Shown here one piece after another: positions 27,476 to 38,406 of a stretch of DNA of 64,000 nucleotides. Made by a program: the position numbers and the translations under genes. Location of the stretch: IMG/VR virus record IMGVR_UViG_3300024258_000017. One strand, written 5' to 3'. The notes below the pieces were generated by a model that had not been told where the DNA came from, made no database searches, and worked only from the letters and a program-made list of their open reading frames with translations. Origin of the DNA: an uncultured virus (IMG/VR IMGVR_UViG_3300024258_000017) (taxonomy: Duplodnaviria > Heunggongvirae > Uroviricota > Caudoviricetes). Position 1 is the first letter of the stretch, and each line of letters opens with the position of its first letter.

Positions 27476-29068
27476 GTGAAACTTGGTATAGAAATAGGAA
27501 AAGATAATTTAAGGGATTCTATAGAGATAGGAAACCACAAATATACGTCTGATTTATCCAAGGCTTATTTTACCTATACTCTCCTTCACTCGTTTCCATT
27601 AATAAATTCAAACGGTATTACCTTCGGCTATCCATTGCTCAAAAGATATATAGCCTCCGCACAAAATAATCCCATCAATGTTGATCATAAAATGGCTGGA
27701 AATCCATCATACGTTTATGAAGGAGAAGATGTTATTGTTGGTAATATGGTTCACATATATATGGATGGTGATTCAGAAATTTCCAGTACCGAATTATTCC
27801 CGAGCAAACCAGTAGCCGTCAAAGTTGTTGGCTGTTTATGGAAGAGGGTACCACGAGCCACGGAAATATTGGAAGATATTGCCAATGGCATTTCTTGGAA
27901 AAACAGCATGGAAGTCTTGAGAGATGAAAATCAAGACGTGCTTTTTGCTGGCTCAGAAGTATTCTATCAAGAGGATTCCAAATATGAAATTATGCTTGAC
28001 AAATATCAGTCTGGTCAATATCATCTTGGAAATCAAATTGGTAAAGGAGCCGGTGGAACAGGTTTAAGAGATGATGATTTTGCGAATTTCTGGGGCAGTG
28101 CTTTGACAATGCAACCGGCAGACAAAGAAGCCAGTATAGACTCAGTAGTAGCAAAAGAGCGACCAGAATTTATGGCGCTTGTTGCTTCTTCAGAACATAA
28201 TATGAATACAAAAATAATTAAAAAAAGTACCGGAGGGAATATGGACAAGTTATTTATAACCACAGATGGAACCTTTGAAAATACAACTATAAAAGTTGGC
28301 GACAAAGAGATTGGTTCTTTTGATGATTTTTACATGGGTCTTGGTAAATATGGCGAGACTGAATTTTTCTATGCGGATTGGGCAAAAGATGAAAGCGCAG
28401 ACGATAGTGGCGTTAAAAAGTCAACATATTACAGATATGAACCAGAAGCCGGGGAATTCAAAGAGATTGATGCTGAGACAGCAAGCAGAACCCCAATGAC
28501 GAATGTGAATGTTGCAAAAATGCTCAAGACAATTAATAGCGGAATGGTTTCAAAGGAAGACCATGACAACAAGATTAAAGAAGTTGAAGGAAAATACGAA
28601 GGTTTCCTTTCAAAAGCAGATCACGAGAAAATACTTGCATCTGAGTTATCTAAAATAAGTAAGCCTGAGATCGACGAGGGCTTTAAAAAGCAAACAATTG
28701 AAGATGTAAACGCAAGATTCAAAGAACTGGTTTCCTCTGGGATAGGGTATAATGATTCCCGTCTCGAAAAGGTAATGGCTTTTGAATTTACTGAAGATGG
28801 AAGTAAAAAGGTTGACGCTTATATCGCCTCTGTGAAAACAAAGAGGACCGATATTGGTAAAATCCTTGAGCAGAATAATGTTAGAGCAGAAACAGCCTCG
28901 AAATTTATATCTGAAATTTGCTTGGACGACGCTGTACCGGCAACTGCGATAACCGGAGTAATTGGTACTCTGATTAACAGCGCAAAGGAATCACACATTC
29001 CCTTGGTATCAAGTCTTGTGGAAGGACTTGAAGAGGAAGAGAAAATAAACCCGACAAAGGGATTTTAA
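27476..29068 (+). CDS. prohead protease-scaffold fusion
   Basis: NSNG, PINVDH, SME, PAD motifs then charged helical C-terminus; between portal and capsid. Confidence 0.65.
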   Translation: MKLGIEIGKDNLRDSIEIGNHKYTSDLSKAYFTYTLLHSFPLINSNGITFGYPLLKRYIASAQNNPINVDHKMAGNPSYVYEGEDVIVGNMVHIYMDGDSEISSTELFPSKPVAVKVVGCLWKRVPRATEILEDIANGISWKNSMEVLRDENQDVLFAGSEVFYQEDSKYEIMLDKYQSGQYHLGNQIGKGAGGTGLRDDDFANFWGSALTMQPADKEASIDSVVAKERPEFMALVASSEHNMNTKIIKKSTGGNMDKLFITTDGTFENTTIKVGDKEIGSFDDFYMGLGKYGETEFFYADWAKDESADDSGVKKSTYYRYEPEAGEFKEIDAETASRTPMTNVNVAKMLKTINSGMVSKEDHDNKIKEVEGKYEGFLSKADHEKILASELSKISKPEIDEGFKKQTIEDVNARFKELVSSGIGYNDSRLEKVMAFEFTEDGSKKVDAYIASVKTKRTDIGKILEQNNVRAETASKFISEICLDDAVPATAITGVIGTLINSAKESHIPLVSSLVEGLEEEEKINPTKGF

Positions 29069-29121
29069 TTAAAAAAACGTAACCTAAAGATTTATTAAAG
29101 CAATAAAAGGTAGGAGTAAAC

Positions 29122-29592
29122 ATGAAGATTGTAAATTTAAGTGGGATAAGAGTCGATGGTAGCATGGACGCTCCTGCGAGTGCAATGACAAAGGGCATGG
29201 CTGTTGTTAAAGATAGCGCCACCATTGATGAATGTGCAACGACTGAAAGACCGTATGGTTTTTTGATGGTTGATGTAACAACCGACGGACTTAGCTATGA
29301 AGAAAAGCTATTTCTTGCATCTAAAGATGCCGAGGAAATAAAGGTTAGTGACGGCAAAATACCCGTCCTTGTCTTTGAGCCGGGATTAATTGCCACCGAT
29401 AATGATAGCGGTGAGACATGGGCTGTTGGTGATGTTATTTTTGCTGTTGCGGGTGGACTTTTGGCAAAACAATCTGGTGCGGCGACCGGTGATATTGCTA
29501 TTGGTACCGTAACGGGAATCAACAAAACCTATGGTGGCTCGTCTGGGATGAGCGAAATTACACTTAGCCACGATCTCGATCCAGCGACTTAA
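29122..29592 (+). CDS. capsid decoration/cement protein
   Basis: Small beta-rich Gly/Ala protein (GDVIFAVAGGLL, IAIGTV) before the MCP. Confidence 0.65.
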   Translation: MKIVNLSGIRVDGSMDAPASAMTKGMAVVKDSATIDECATTERPYGFLMVDVTTDGLSYEEKLFLASKDAEEIKVSDGKIPVLVFEPGLIATDNDSGETWAVGDVIFAVAGGLLAKQSGAATGDIAIGTVTGINKTYGGSSGMSEITLSHDLDPAT

Positions 29593-29635
29593 TTGACGCT
29601 TGATTAATCAGATCAAAATATAAAGGAAAATAGTT

Positions 29636-30730
29636 ATGAATGACAGAAGACTTATCAGTATGCTCGTGGCAAACCAGAACTTCATGAAAGAGAAGGTTGC
29701 ATCGTTCAAGGAAGAATTCAAACAGATGACCGACAAGGAACGGCAGGCGCTTATTATAGCATCCTTTAACAATCGTGAGAAATCGGTTGAACTGGCAAAA
29801 GCAAGAGAGGTTAGGATTTATCTGAACATCCTTGCGAATTTGACGGGACTGGATGTTTTTGAGTACATACCGCTTCAAAACGACGAACTCCCAGAGATTA
29901 TTTCTGAAACTGATGGCGACCTCAATGTCACTACCATAAACCAACATGCGTCACCTCCAATTGACCTGATTTTCAATCTGGATGCCATACAGAATCTTAG
30001 TATGTATGAGATTACTACTGATATGGTAACTTATTTTACTCAGTCAATTCAGACCGGTAATCTTAACCAGTTTCAACGAGTAAATGATAGAGTCGCTTAT
30101 ATGATGGCAAGAAAGATTAACTCTGATTTATGGGCGTTAATTGATTCAGCTTATGGGTCAATATCATCTACAACCGGATATGTTGCAGATAGCGAAATTC
30201 AGTCAGGAATATTACCAAGCACGAGTGCAATAACGAATACCGCACAGGGCGCATTTACATTTGAGATAATGAAAGATATTGTCAATTATGCAGATATGCT
30301 CGGAGCCAAAATTTCTAAACTGGTTATGAACCCATTGGTCAAACAACACATGTGGGATTGGGCTGAGAAGGCAAATACGGGTAGTGGTGATACAACTGTT
30401 ACGACTGATGGCAAGAGCCTGATGACAGAACGATTCCGAGATCAGATATTATCTCAGGGTGAGGTCACAAATATATTAAATCATAACTTCGTGATTGAGA
30501 CAGATAATAGACGACCAGTAAAATATATACACGTTTTCTTTAAAGACCTACCAGCAGGGTTCCTCTTTGATAAAACAGATATGGCTAAAGTCGATTTCTT
30601 TGATGAAGTACAGGTTGAGATGCTTACTAAACAGCGCAGGAAAAACGGTATTCGAGAGAGCAGAGTTATTAAACCTGTGATCACAGAACCACAAAAACTG
30701 AACTTCTTCAGAATTCAATACGATACTTAA
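29636..30730 (+). CDS. major capsid protein
   Basis: 364 aa; position; AYMMARKINSDLWALI spine helix and LVMNP. Confidence 0.75.
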   Translation: MNDRRLISMLVANQNFMKEKVASFKEEFKQMTDKERQALIIASFNNREKSVELAKAREVRIYLNILANLTGLDVFEYIPLQNDELPEIISETDGDLNVTTINQHASPPIDLIFNLDAIQNLSMYEITTDMVTYFTQSIQTGNLNQFQRVNDRVAYMMARKINSDLWALIDSAYGSISSTTGYVADSEIQSGILPSTSAITNTAQGAFTFEIMKDIVNYADMLGAKISKLVMNPLVKQHMWDWAEKANTGSGDTTVTTDGKSLMTERFRDQILSQGEVTNILNHNFVIETDNRRPVKYIHVFFKDLPAGFLFDKTDMAKVDFFDEVQVEMLTKQRRKNGIRESRVIKPVITEPQKLNFFRIQYDT

Positions 30731-30757
30731 TATCTAATATAAAAAACGGAGGCATTA

Positions 30758-30958
30758 ATGTTTTATCTTGTTAGATTAAAAAAAGACATTGTAGAAAGAA
30801 TTATGATCGACTCAAAACTTTTTGTCCAGCCAAATGAGGGTAATGAAATAGTTCTTACTCAGAAAGAGTTTGACAAAAATGAAAAAGTTATTGATCACTA
30901 CAGAAAACACGGGAAAATCTCTTGTGTGAAAAGGTTAAAAGACCCGAGGGAAAAATAG
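30758..30958 (+). CDS. hypothetical protein
   Basis: GGAGG RBS. Confidence 0.6.
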   Translation: MFYLVRLKKDIVERIMIDSKLFVQPNEGNEIVLTQKEFDKNEKVIDHYRKHGKISCVKRLKDPREK

Positions 30959-31016
30959 GCTTTTGCCAGTGAGTATATTTCCTTAATTCTTTCAGCTATT
31001 TTTTATTGAATTAAAC

Positions 31017-31052
31017 AAAATATTGGCTCACTAAATAGTGGGCTAATATTTT
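31017..31052 (+). terminator. hairpin/terminator after capsid genes
   Basis: AAAATATTGGCTCACT-aaat-AGTGGGCTAATATTTT. Confidence 0.65.
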
Positions 31053-31069
31053 ATTAGAGAGAGGTTTTT

Positions 31070-31792
31070 ATGAAAAACATGACACCATTCAACGTGCATG
31101 ACCATCCAAATATTGTAACTGGTCAATTTGGTGACAGAATATTAACGGTATCCGATGGAGAAGTGACCGAGGGTAACTTCTTTGCAATGAAAGCCATCGA
31201 TGGCGCTGACGCAACCGTGAAGGCAAAGTCAGCCGTCAACTTCGTCGATGATATTATTACTTTTGCTGAAGCGTTGAGAGTCATTCTAAATGCTCACTCT
31301 GCCGACGCAGTGGAACACGGGACAAGTGCTGATGCCGTAAACTTTCCATTGTCTTCTGCAACAGCCACGAACCTATCAACCCTGATTACTTTGGTCACGG
31401 AGATGCTTGATGAATATGAAGATCACCATGACGACGCTGTACTTGCATCTTCTTGGGCATTCCATAACGCTCAATTTGCTGGCTCTACCGGAACACTTGC
31501 TTCTGTGGTAGCACCAACAACTCTTCAGGAGTGCTATACAAGGCTATTAGATATCCAAGCCAAATTTAATATCCATGATACGAGTGCTGTGGCTCATACG
31601 GCTGGAAGTACGCACCAAGACAACGATGGAGTTTCAGACCCGGGCAGACAAAGAGATGACTTTGCAACCGGTGGAGATTATGATGGTGGGTCGGCACTTA
31701 CTATAGTGGCAACCGATTATGAACTTGGTCATTGGCAAACAATTTCTGTCGCCACTGGTACTATCCGGGCATTTTATCATAAAGAAGAATGA
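31070..31792 (+). CDS. putative virion structural protein with His-containing helical repeats
   Basis: Three similar helical units (LNAHSAD..EH, YEDHHDD..FH, FNIHDTS..AH). Confidence 0.55.
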   Translation: MKNMTPFNVHDHPNIVTGQFGDRILTVSDGEVTEGNFFAMKAIDGADATVKAKSAVNFVDDIITFAEALRVILNAHSADAVEHGTSADAVNFPLSSATATNLSTLITLVTEMLDEYEDHHDDAVLASSWAFHNAQFAGSTGTLASVVAPTTLQECYTRLLDIQAKFNIHDTSAVAHTAGSTHQDNDGVSDPGRQRDDFATGGDYDGGSALTIVATDYELGHWQTISVATGTIRAFYHKEE

Positions 31793-32574
31793 AACTTATT
31801 GAAATAGAACAAAGCCTTACTGGTATAGGAAAGCCAGCCAGTGTATTATTAAATGGTGCGATCCATGGGTCAAATTTTGCTCAGGAAAATCCAGTAATAG
31901 TATCTGATGGACAAGCGATCTTTGATGGGGATAGTAAAATTACTATCCCTCATGGTGCTGGGCATATATCTGTTGCAAATTCTGCGGATGGATTTTTACT
32001 CGGCGCTCATATTGCCCCAGACGTATTACTTGCGGAATCCCCAATATTGTATAAACAAGGAGAATATCTATTCAAGATTAATTCCTCTGGTAAACTTGCC
32101 GGATATGTCTATGATGGAGAAGGTGATTATCTTGGACAGGTTTCAGCAAGCGTTCTGCCTTCTGCAGTTGAGGGGAATATGCGGTATTATGGAATGAGAT
32201 ACAAAATTGCCACTAAGACAATCGAGTTGTTGTCTCTTGCCTTTGGTGACACTGATTTTGTGATTTCCTCTGTCGATGATAATAACGGTTCATTTGGAAC
32301 CGAGGGGTCCACCACAAACGATTTATACATGGGTTATGACGGTAGTAATTATTTAAATGGTCTTGGTGGCGGGGTAAATGTTTTTGCCGATGAATATGAT
32401 TTAGGAGTGCTTATTGGTTATCTTAATCTCCATTCAGATGATATCGAGAACTTTACATTATGGGAATATATTTGGACCACCTACGGAGAGACATTTGATC
32501 CTAAATTGTTTGCCACCCTTAAAACTTCGATCACCGATCTTTCCGGTTATAATCCCGGCATGACAGGGGCATAG
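31789..32574 (+). CDS. LamG/concanavalin-like virion protein
   Basis: FDGDSKITIPH...LYMG....YLNG. Confidence 0.6.
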   Translation: MKLIEIEQSLTGIGKPASVLLNGAIHGSNFAQENPVIVSDGQAIFDGDSKITIPHGAGHISVANSADGFLLGAHIAPDVLLAESPILYKQGEYLFKINSSGKLAGYVYDGEGDYLGQVSASVLPSAVEGNMRYYGMRYKIATKTIELLSLAFGDTDFVISSVDDNNGSFGTEGSTTNDLYMGYDGSNYLNGLGGGVNVFADEYDLGVLIGYLNLHSDDIENFTLWEYIWTTYGETFDPKLFATLKTSITDLSGYNPGMTGA

Positions 32575-33878
32575 TGGCTGTAATAGTACAAAAGACTAAA
32601 GAGATTTCATACGATAAAAAGCGCTGGATGGACCAAGCACCGGCGCATGAGAATAGAGCTGTATTCTATACAGGTAGAGGATTACAGTTCACCACGAATC
32701 AATTTATTACCTGTGGTGATGTCTCTGGTGGCACAACCATAAAGGCAATTAATTTTTGGTATAATCCTGATACCTCTGAATCATATATAGTTGAATTAAG
32801 TAGTACAGCACGCATCAAGGTTGCCTCTGGTGTATTCACACTGACCGGATTATCCGGCACCGTTTATCAATCCACTGTAAGTCAAACAAAATCATATACT
32901 GGTACTTGGAGGCAGGTTATGATTGATATTCCTGCGGGTGTCGATTGTGATGCGGTCTTGATTGGTTTGGTCCAATCCACACTTTATTATGAAGGTAAAT
33001 TTGCTGACTTCCAATTCTGGAAACCACAGTTCACCCAAGCGGACAGAAACTATATCATTCAAAACCCAGAAAAATTGGCTACTGACAACCCTGCCAATAC
33101 TTTTGTCTATTCAGATGTTTCAGATATACTTCTTGCCAGATATCAATTAAACGATGGATCAGGTACAACCGCTTTTGATTCATCTGGGAATGCATTGGAC
33201 GGAGTTATATCAAATGCTCCAACTTGGATATTTGGACAACAGGATATTCCACAAACAGCACTGCAGGGCTTCCATTATAACGCCGGATTAATTTCACCGG
33301 AAAACCCAGACAAAGCCGGTTATAGTATCCACGATGTAATTTTGAATCGACCGATCCCCGATCCCAAGGGGCTTAATTTAGTTGGTGATGGGAAGTTTGT
33401 TGTTGGTCCCGTTGGACTTATGAGAACAATAACAATTTCATTTACCCCGAACAACACAGATCAAACTTTAATCAATTGTGATGACGATGTACATGTTGTG
33501 GCTATCGATGAAAACGTGGCAACTGATTTTGTAGTGGAAAGCGCCGATGGTACTTTGATCCCAGTGACACATACGATAAAAAAAGCTGACGGCACAGAGG
33601 ACGATGTGGTGGATTTCGTAAAGGTGCAGGATTCGTCTTCTTCAGTAATCGGGTTTGAGGATGAAGAAATTATGACCAATGGGATTGCTGGAAGTAGAGC
33701 GATAGTTACAGGCTCCCGAAATGTATTAACGGTCAAGACAGATGAAAAATTCGATGCAACAAATTTACAGTCCTTCGCAAATATTGATGGCGTATTCCAT
33801 GATATGTATGTTTGGTTACAGAAAGTACCAGACAGAGAAGACAGGACGAACCATTTGGCACTAATGAGGAAAGGATAA
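32574..33878 (+). CDS. LamG-like virion protein
   Basis: YQLNDGSGTTAFDSSGNALDG, YYEGKFADFQFW. Confidence 0.7.
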   Translation: MAVIVQKTKEISYDKKRWMDQAPAHENRAVFYTGRGLQFTTNQFITCGDVSGGTTIKAINFWYNPDTSESYIVELSSTARIKVASGVFTLTGLSGTVYQSTVSQTKSYTGTWRQVMIDIPAGVDCDAVLIGLVQSTLYYEGKFADFQFWKPQFTQADRNYIIQNPEKLATDNPANTFVYSDVSDILLARYQLNDGSGTTAFDSSGNALDGVISNAPTWIFGQQDIPQTALQGFHYNAGLISPENPDKAGYSIHDVILNRPIPDPKGLNLVGDGKFVVGPVGLMRTITISFTPNNTDQTLINCDDDVHVVAIDENVATDFVVESADGTLIPVTHTIKKADGTEDDVVDFVKVQDSSSSVIGFEDEEIMTNGIAGSRAIVTGSRNVLTVKTDEKFDATNLQSFANIDGVFHDMYVWLQKVPDREDRTNHLALMRKG

Positions 33879-33880
33879 TT

Positions 33881-35809
33881 ATGGCTTCTATTAGAGATTT
33901 ATTATTATTTGATGATGTTACTCCACAAATTCAGGAAGCACAATTAGGGTCTGGTGATACAGCCAGAATTAAACTTGATTCAGCGAGAGCGTTTGTAATT
34001 ACCGACGAATCAGATGTTGATGTTTTAGTAGTTAATACTCTTACCGGCGCAATTACCATGGCTGGTGCCTTGACTATGGCTTCTTTGGGAGTATCCGGTC
34101 CCAATCCTTCTTTAGATTTATATGACACAGATTGTAGTGTAGCCCGTATTAATGCACAAATGATAGCACAGGCGACGGATACAGGTGATGGTTCTGAGGA
34201 AGTTGATTGGTCTGTATATCAGCAGGTTGCAGGTACTTTGGAAAGGACTATCTTCTCTGACGCAGATCAAGGTATATGGTTCTATCCATTGGGCGAAACA
34301 GCCAATCCTGTTAGTATAACTACTGGTGGTGATCTAAATATTGCCAACAAACTTACTCATGATGGTGATGCAGATACATACCTTCAATTTTCAGTAGACC
34401 AAGCGAAGATAATTGTTGGTGGTGCTACTGCATTCAATTATGATGAAGGAGCATTAAATACTCTTGCAATAGATCAGGAAGGCACAGCAGATATATCCTT
34501 TGGGGGTGGCAATGTTTTCTTTGGTGGAGCGGGTGGAAGTTCAGATGGTAATGTAGGCATTGGCAATTCGAGTCCAGAAGCGTGGGACACAGCCCAAACA
34601 GCAGTGCAAATTGGTGGAAATGGTGCATTTATGGCTGATTCTACACAAGGAGCAGGTGGGTTTTTCCATACTGTTCAAAATGCTTATTTTGATGATGTTA
34701 ATAATAGATGGGAATATATATCTACAGATGAAGCATCTATATACACTCAAGGCAATGGCGAACATTTATTTAAAGTGGTTACATCAGGAACAGCAGATAA
34801 TCCAATCACATGGACTACTGCCCTCACGATAGCGAACAACGCCAACATCGGCATTGAAACCGAAAACCTCGCCACATGGACATCCACAGTATCAGCATTA
34901 CAGGTAGGTGGTACAGCAGGGTTATCAAGCCAAACGACCCAAGCCAATAGCACTTTTACATTACTATCTCAAAATGCCTACAATGATGGCTCGTGGAAAT
35001 ATTTATCTACCAATGTAGATGACCAAGCCAGTCATATAGTAATGGTAGATGGAAGCACTCAATTTAAAACCGCTATAGCAGGATCAGCAGATTCAGCAGT
35101 AACATGGATAACTCAATTAGTTTTAGCAAATAATAGTTCGGGTCTCTCCGCAACTTTCGGTGGTGACATCATTGTCCCACAGGGCAACAAGGTCTCTCTT
35201 AATGCTGGTGGTGATACTTATATCACAGAGTTTGTAGATAACCAAATGAGATTGACTGTAGCGGGAACAGACAGAGTAAAAATTGATGGTGATGGATTTG
35301 GAGGGATAACAGCAGGAGAGCCATTAATTAGGGCAAGAACAGTGGCTACAGCAACAACTCCTGTTTACAGTATTGTTGGTTCAACTGGTTATGGTCTTGG
35401 TGGAGCACCTGCAAGCAACTATGTTTCAATGATTGCCAATAGTGCTGAAGCAATGAGATGGACTGAAACTGGCGGAGTCATTACAATAGAACACTTTGGT
35501 CTTGTTGCTGATACTGCCTCTGCAGGTATAACAGCCTCAGTGACACAGACTCAAGGACAGCAACCATTAACCGCAAGGTTTAATCAGATTAGCACAGTTG
35601 GAAACGCTAACGACGTTGTGACCTTGGCATCTCTGCCGGCAAGCGGGTCAATAAGTCAAACCGTTGCAAACGATGGCGCTAACACCTTACAGATATTCCC
35701 CGCTTCAGGAGATGATCTTGGTGCCGGTGTTGATACGTCAATAACCTTGGCTCCCGGTGGAATATTTACATTTAGAAGTTTTAATGCAACAACATGGAAG
35801 GTAGTATAA
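33881..35809 (+). CDS. fibre protein with tandem repeats
   Basis: Two ~95-aa GNVGIG...QNAY...ITW..LANN repeats; AGGAAAGGA RBS before ATG 33881. Confidence 0.75.
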   Translation: MASIRDLLLFDDVTPQIQEAQLGSGDTARIKLDSARAFVITDESDVDVLVVNTLTGAITMAGALTMASLGVSGPNPSLDLYDTDCSVARINAQMIAQATDTGDGSEEVDWSVYQQVAGTLERTIFSDADQGIWFYPLGETANPVSITTGGDLNIANKLTHDGDADTYLQFSVDQAKIIVGGATAFNYDEGALNTLAIDQEGTADISFGGGNVFFGGAGGSSDGNVGIGNSSPEAWDTAQTAVQIGGNGAFMADSTQGAGGFFHTVQNAYFDDVNNRWEYISTDEASIYTQGNGEHLFKVVTSGTADNPITWTTALTIANNANIGIETENLATWTSTVSALQVGGTAGLSSQTTQANSTFTLLSQNAYNDGSWKYLSTNVDDQASHIVMVDGSTQFKTAIAGSADSAVTWITQLVLANNSSGLSATFGGDIIVPQGNKVSLNAGGDTYITEFVDNQMRLTVAGTDRVKIDGDGFGGITAGEPLIRARTVATATTPVYSIVGSTGYGLGGAPASNYVSMIANSAEAMRWTETGGVITIEHFGLVADTASAGITASVTQTQGQQPLTARFNQISTVGNANDVVTLASLPASGSISQTVANDGANTLQIFPASGDDLGAGVDTSITLAPGGIFTFRSFNATTWKVV

Positions 35810-36372
35810 TGATAAAAATAATTCCCTTACTTCTATTACTTTCTTTTGGATTTGGTCAGTGGATTTATGACCTTACCGATAACCCGCCAACAATAACAGC
35901 GCCGGGCGATCTTGTTGTAACAGGTAATATTACACACGATCATGCCGGTGGAGTTATGCATGTATCAACTGGTGGTACTTTTCAAATTACCACTGGTGGC
36001 ACCTTCGAGAAAATTGAAGGGGGTGCGATTGTATATAGTTCAGATCATCTTGATAATTTTAACGAGACTACAGATGGGCGACTTACATATACAGGCACGA
36101 CAACCAAGCATTTTTCCGTAGCGGTATATTCCTCTGTTGAGTCAGGAGAAGTTTCCCAAGTAATTATGATAAGACTCGCTGAAAGTGGTACTGATATAGC
36201 TGGAACAGAAAAAGCACAGGATTATTCTAATCAAAACAGCCACAATGATATTTCAACGGGTTATATTGTCGAATTAGCAACGAGCGAATATTTAGAGGTG
36301 TTTATTACTTCAGACCAAGATACTGATGACGTTATTATACACAATGTAATCATGGTGGTTAGTGAAATATAA
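35809..36372 (+). CDS. C1q/BclA-C-like beta protein with N-terminal signal peptide
   Basis: MIKIIPLLLLLSFGFG|Q; GRLTYTGT...IVELATSEYLEVFI. Confidence 0.55.
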   Translation: MIKIIPLLLLLSFGFGQWIYDLTDNPPTITAPGDLVVTGNITHDHAGGVMHVSTGGTFQITTGGTFEKIEGGAIVYSSDHLDNFNETTDGRLTYTGTTTKHFSVAVYSSVESGEVSQVIMIRLAESGTDIAGTEKAQDYSNQNSHNDISTGYIVELATSEYLEVFITSDQDTDDVIIHNVIMVVSEI

Positions 36373-36470
36373 ACAACTCAATGATTCCAGTGTTTCTACA
36401 ATGTATATTTAGGCATGATTCTTAACAGACTAATACATATTAAATAATAATAAATGGGGTAACAACCAAA

Positions 36471-36866
36471 ATGAAGAGACTTAAAGACATAAAATTCAGA
36501 GTAGACTTAACTGAAGCCATCCATGGTAAAGATCAGAATTATGACACGTCATATTTTGAATTATTCTTACTTGCCCTGAATACTCAGTCCAGTCAAGAAG
36601 GACAAGGCGGTATATCGCCGTTAGACATGGAAGTTCGTCTTGTAATTATCGGTAAAATAAAATCGGCACAAAAAAATGATGCCGGTAATATTATACTGGA
36701 AAATTCCGAATTAAAAGATTTGACGAAACTTGTTAAGCGACAAAAGTTCGCTCATGTTGATCAAAACTTCCTTGATTATCGGAAGTATGTAGTCAAACGT
36801 GAATCCGATGAACCGGACAAAGATACTAACGAGAGCAAAAAAGGAAAAACAGAGAATAAAACATAA
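36471..36866 (+). CDS. hypothetical protein (possible fibre chaperone)
   Basis: ORF after fibre genes; function is positional guess. Confidence 0.55.
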   Translation: MKRLKDIKFRVDLTEAIHGKDQNYDTSYFELFLLALNTQSSQEGQGGISPLDMEVRLVIIGKIKSAQKNDAGNIILENSELKDLTKLVKRQKFAHVDQNFLDYRKYVVKRESDEPDKDTNESKKGKTENKT

Positions 36867-36877
36867 CCGAGGCAATT

Positions 36878-37372
36878 ATGAAAAACCTTATAATGATAAT
36901 CATTCTACTCTTTTTAACAGCAAGTATATTCGCAGGAGAACCGGATTGGGGCGTAAATCCGCACGACTACGAGTTCAACGGCAATATGTTTGCCTATGTT
37001 GACGGGATTGGAAGAAACGTCGAGGAAGGTGATGTTTTGGCTGTTTTTGTCGGGGATGAATGTAGGGGTATTAGCACCGCACTATTATTTCCGCCAACAG
37101 GCAAGATGTTACTTTTGATTACTATCTTTAGCAATTCGAAAGAAGAGGGCATGGATTTAATTTTTTATGACTCAGTTAAAGATAGGATTGTTGGTGGATG
37201 GAATTTAGAATTCTTGGAAAATATTGTTGCAGGATCACCTAATTATCCATTTGTCATATCGATCCCACAGGTGAGAATGAGAAAGTTCACACCAAAAGAT
37301 AAATTCAAAATGAATATCCCACCCGGCAAGATCGTTCCTATAACAGAAAAGAAATCTGGACGGAATAAATGA
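36878..37372 (+). CDS. secreted protein with bacterial surface-protein-like domain
   Basis: Signal peptide MKNLIMIIILLFLTASIFA; WGVNPHDYEFN...GDVLAVFVGDECRG. Confidence 0.6.
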   Translation: MKNLIMIIILLFLTASIFAGEPDWGVNPHDYEFNGNMFAYVDGIGRNVEEGDVLAVFVGDECRGISTALLFPPTGKMLLLITIFSNSKEEGMDLIFYDSVKDRIVGGWNLEFLENIVAGSPNYPFVISIPQVRMRKFTPKDKFKMNIPPGKIVPITEKKSGRNK

Positions 37373-37908
37373 AACCACCCACCTCTTACGAAGATGTAAT
37401 AGCCGAAGTTTTTGAAACTGAAGGCGGTTATGTCAACAGTAAAACTGATCGGGGTGGGGCTACAAACTTAGGGCTTACAATCGGAACGATGAAGGCTCTT
37501 AAAATGGACTTGGATGGCGACGGTGACGTTGATATAGATGATGTCAAGATATTAACGAAAGAAGATGCTATGCCAGCCTATTACGACGAATTCTGGGTAA
37601 GGGGAAGGGTTGATCGTTGCCCTCCCCTTCTCCGTTACTTACATTTTGATTCATGTGTACATCACAGCCCATACAGAGCCATTAAAATTTTACAGAAGGC
37701 TTACAACCACATGAGAACGACAAACCGGATTAAAGTAGATGGCAGGTTTGGTTCGAGGACAGAAAAGGCAGTGAGCAAATTAAAACTTAATGTCTTGATC
37801 TATTACAGAATTAAATATATCTGTGATATAGTTCGCAATGATTCATCTCAGGATGCAAATTTTACCGGTTGGATGAACCGTATAACATCGTTTTTAAAAT
37901 ATATTTGA
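37369..37908 (+). CDS. endolysin, glycoside hydrolase family 108
   Basis: EGGYVNSKTDRGGATNLG, C-terminal GWMNR. Confidence 0.9.
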   Translation: MKPPTSYEDVIAEVFETEGGYVNSKTDRGGATNLGLTIGTMKALKMDLDGDGDVDIDDVKILTKEDAMPAYYDEFWVRGRVDRCPPLLRYLHFDSCVHHSPYRAIKILQKAYNHMRTTNRIKVDGRFGSRTEKAVSKLKLNVLIYYRIKYICDIVRNDSSQDANFTGWMNRITSFLKYI

Positions 37909-37914
37909 GGAATT

Positions 37915-38406
37915 ATGTGCAATAAAACTGGCAAAGTTATGTTGATTGATGACGATGCAATGCTTACAAAAAGTATGAGGTTGTATTTAGAGCGTAAATT
38001 TCCTAACTTGTTTATAGATTGCTATGATAATACTGTTGATGCCATGGAACGCTTACTATCTGCAGAAGAAGGTAATATGCCCTATCATGTCGTTGTTTGT
38101 GATATGGACATAGGTGAAGTAGAGGACGGTAAGAAAATGGAAATATGGATGTCTGTGAATAATATATCAGCCGTATTTAGGATTATGTCAGCACATGATT
38201 ATTCGTCTATTGACTATCCTGATTATTTTAAGAAGCCAATTGAATTTGAACCTTTTTATAAATTTCTATCAGCTTCAATAATGGGTGCAAACATGGCTCC
38301 GCAATTTGATATTATTGAGAGGATGCAGAGAACTACACAGTTAATTAATGAGACTTACGAAAAACTATCAGGGGAGTTGATTTTAAATGGACTCAGAACT
38401 TCTTGA
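37915..38406 (+). CDS. stand-alone response regulator receiver (REC) protein
   Basis: VMLIDDD, VVVCD, IMSA, KKP all present. Confidence 0.8.
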   Translation: MCNKTGKVMLIDDDAMLTKSMRLYLERKFPNLFIDCYDNTVDAMERLLSAEEGNMPYHVVVCDMDIGEVEDGKKMEIWMSVNNISAVFRIMSAHDYSSIDYPDYFKKPIEFEPFYKFLSASIMGANMAPQFDIIERMQRTTQLINETYEKLSGELILNGLRTS

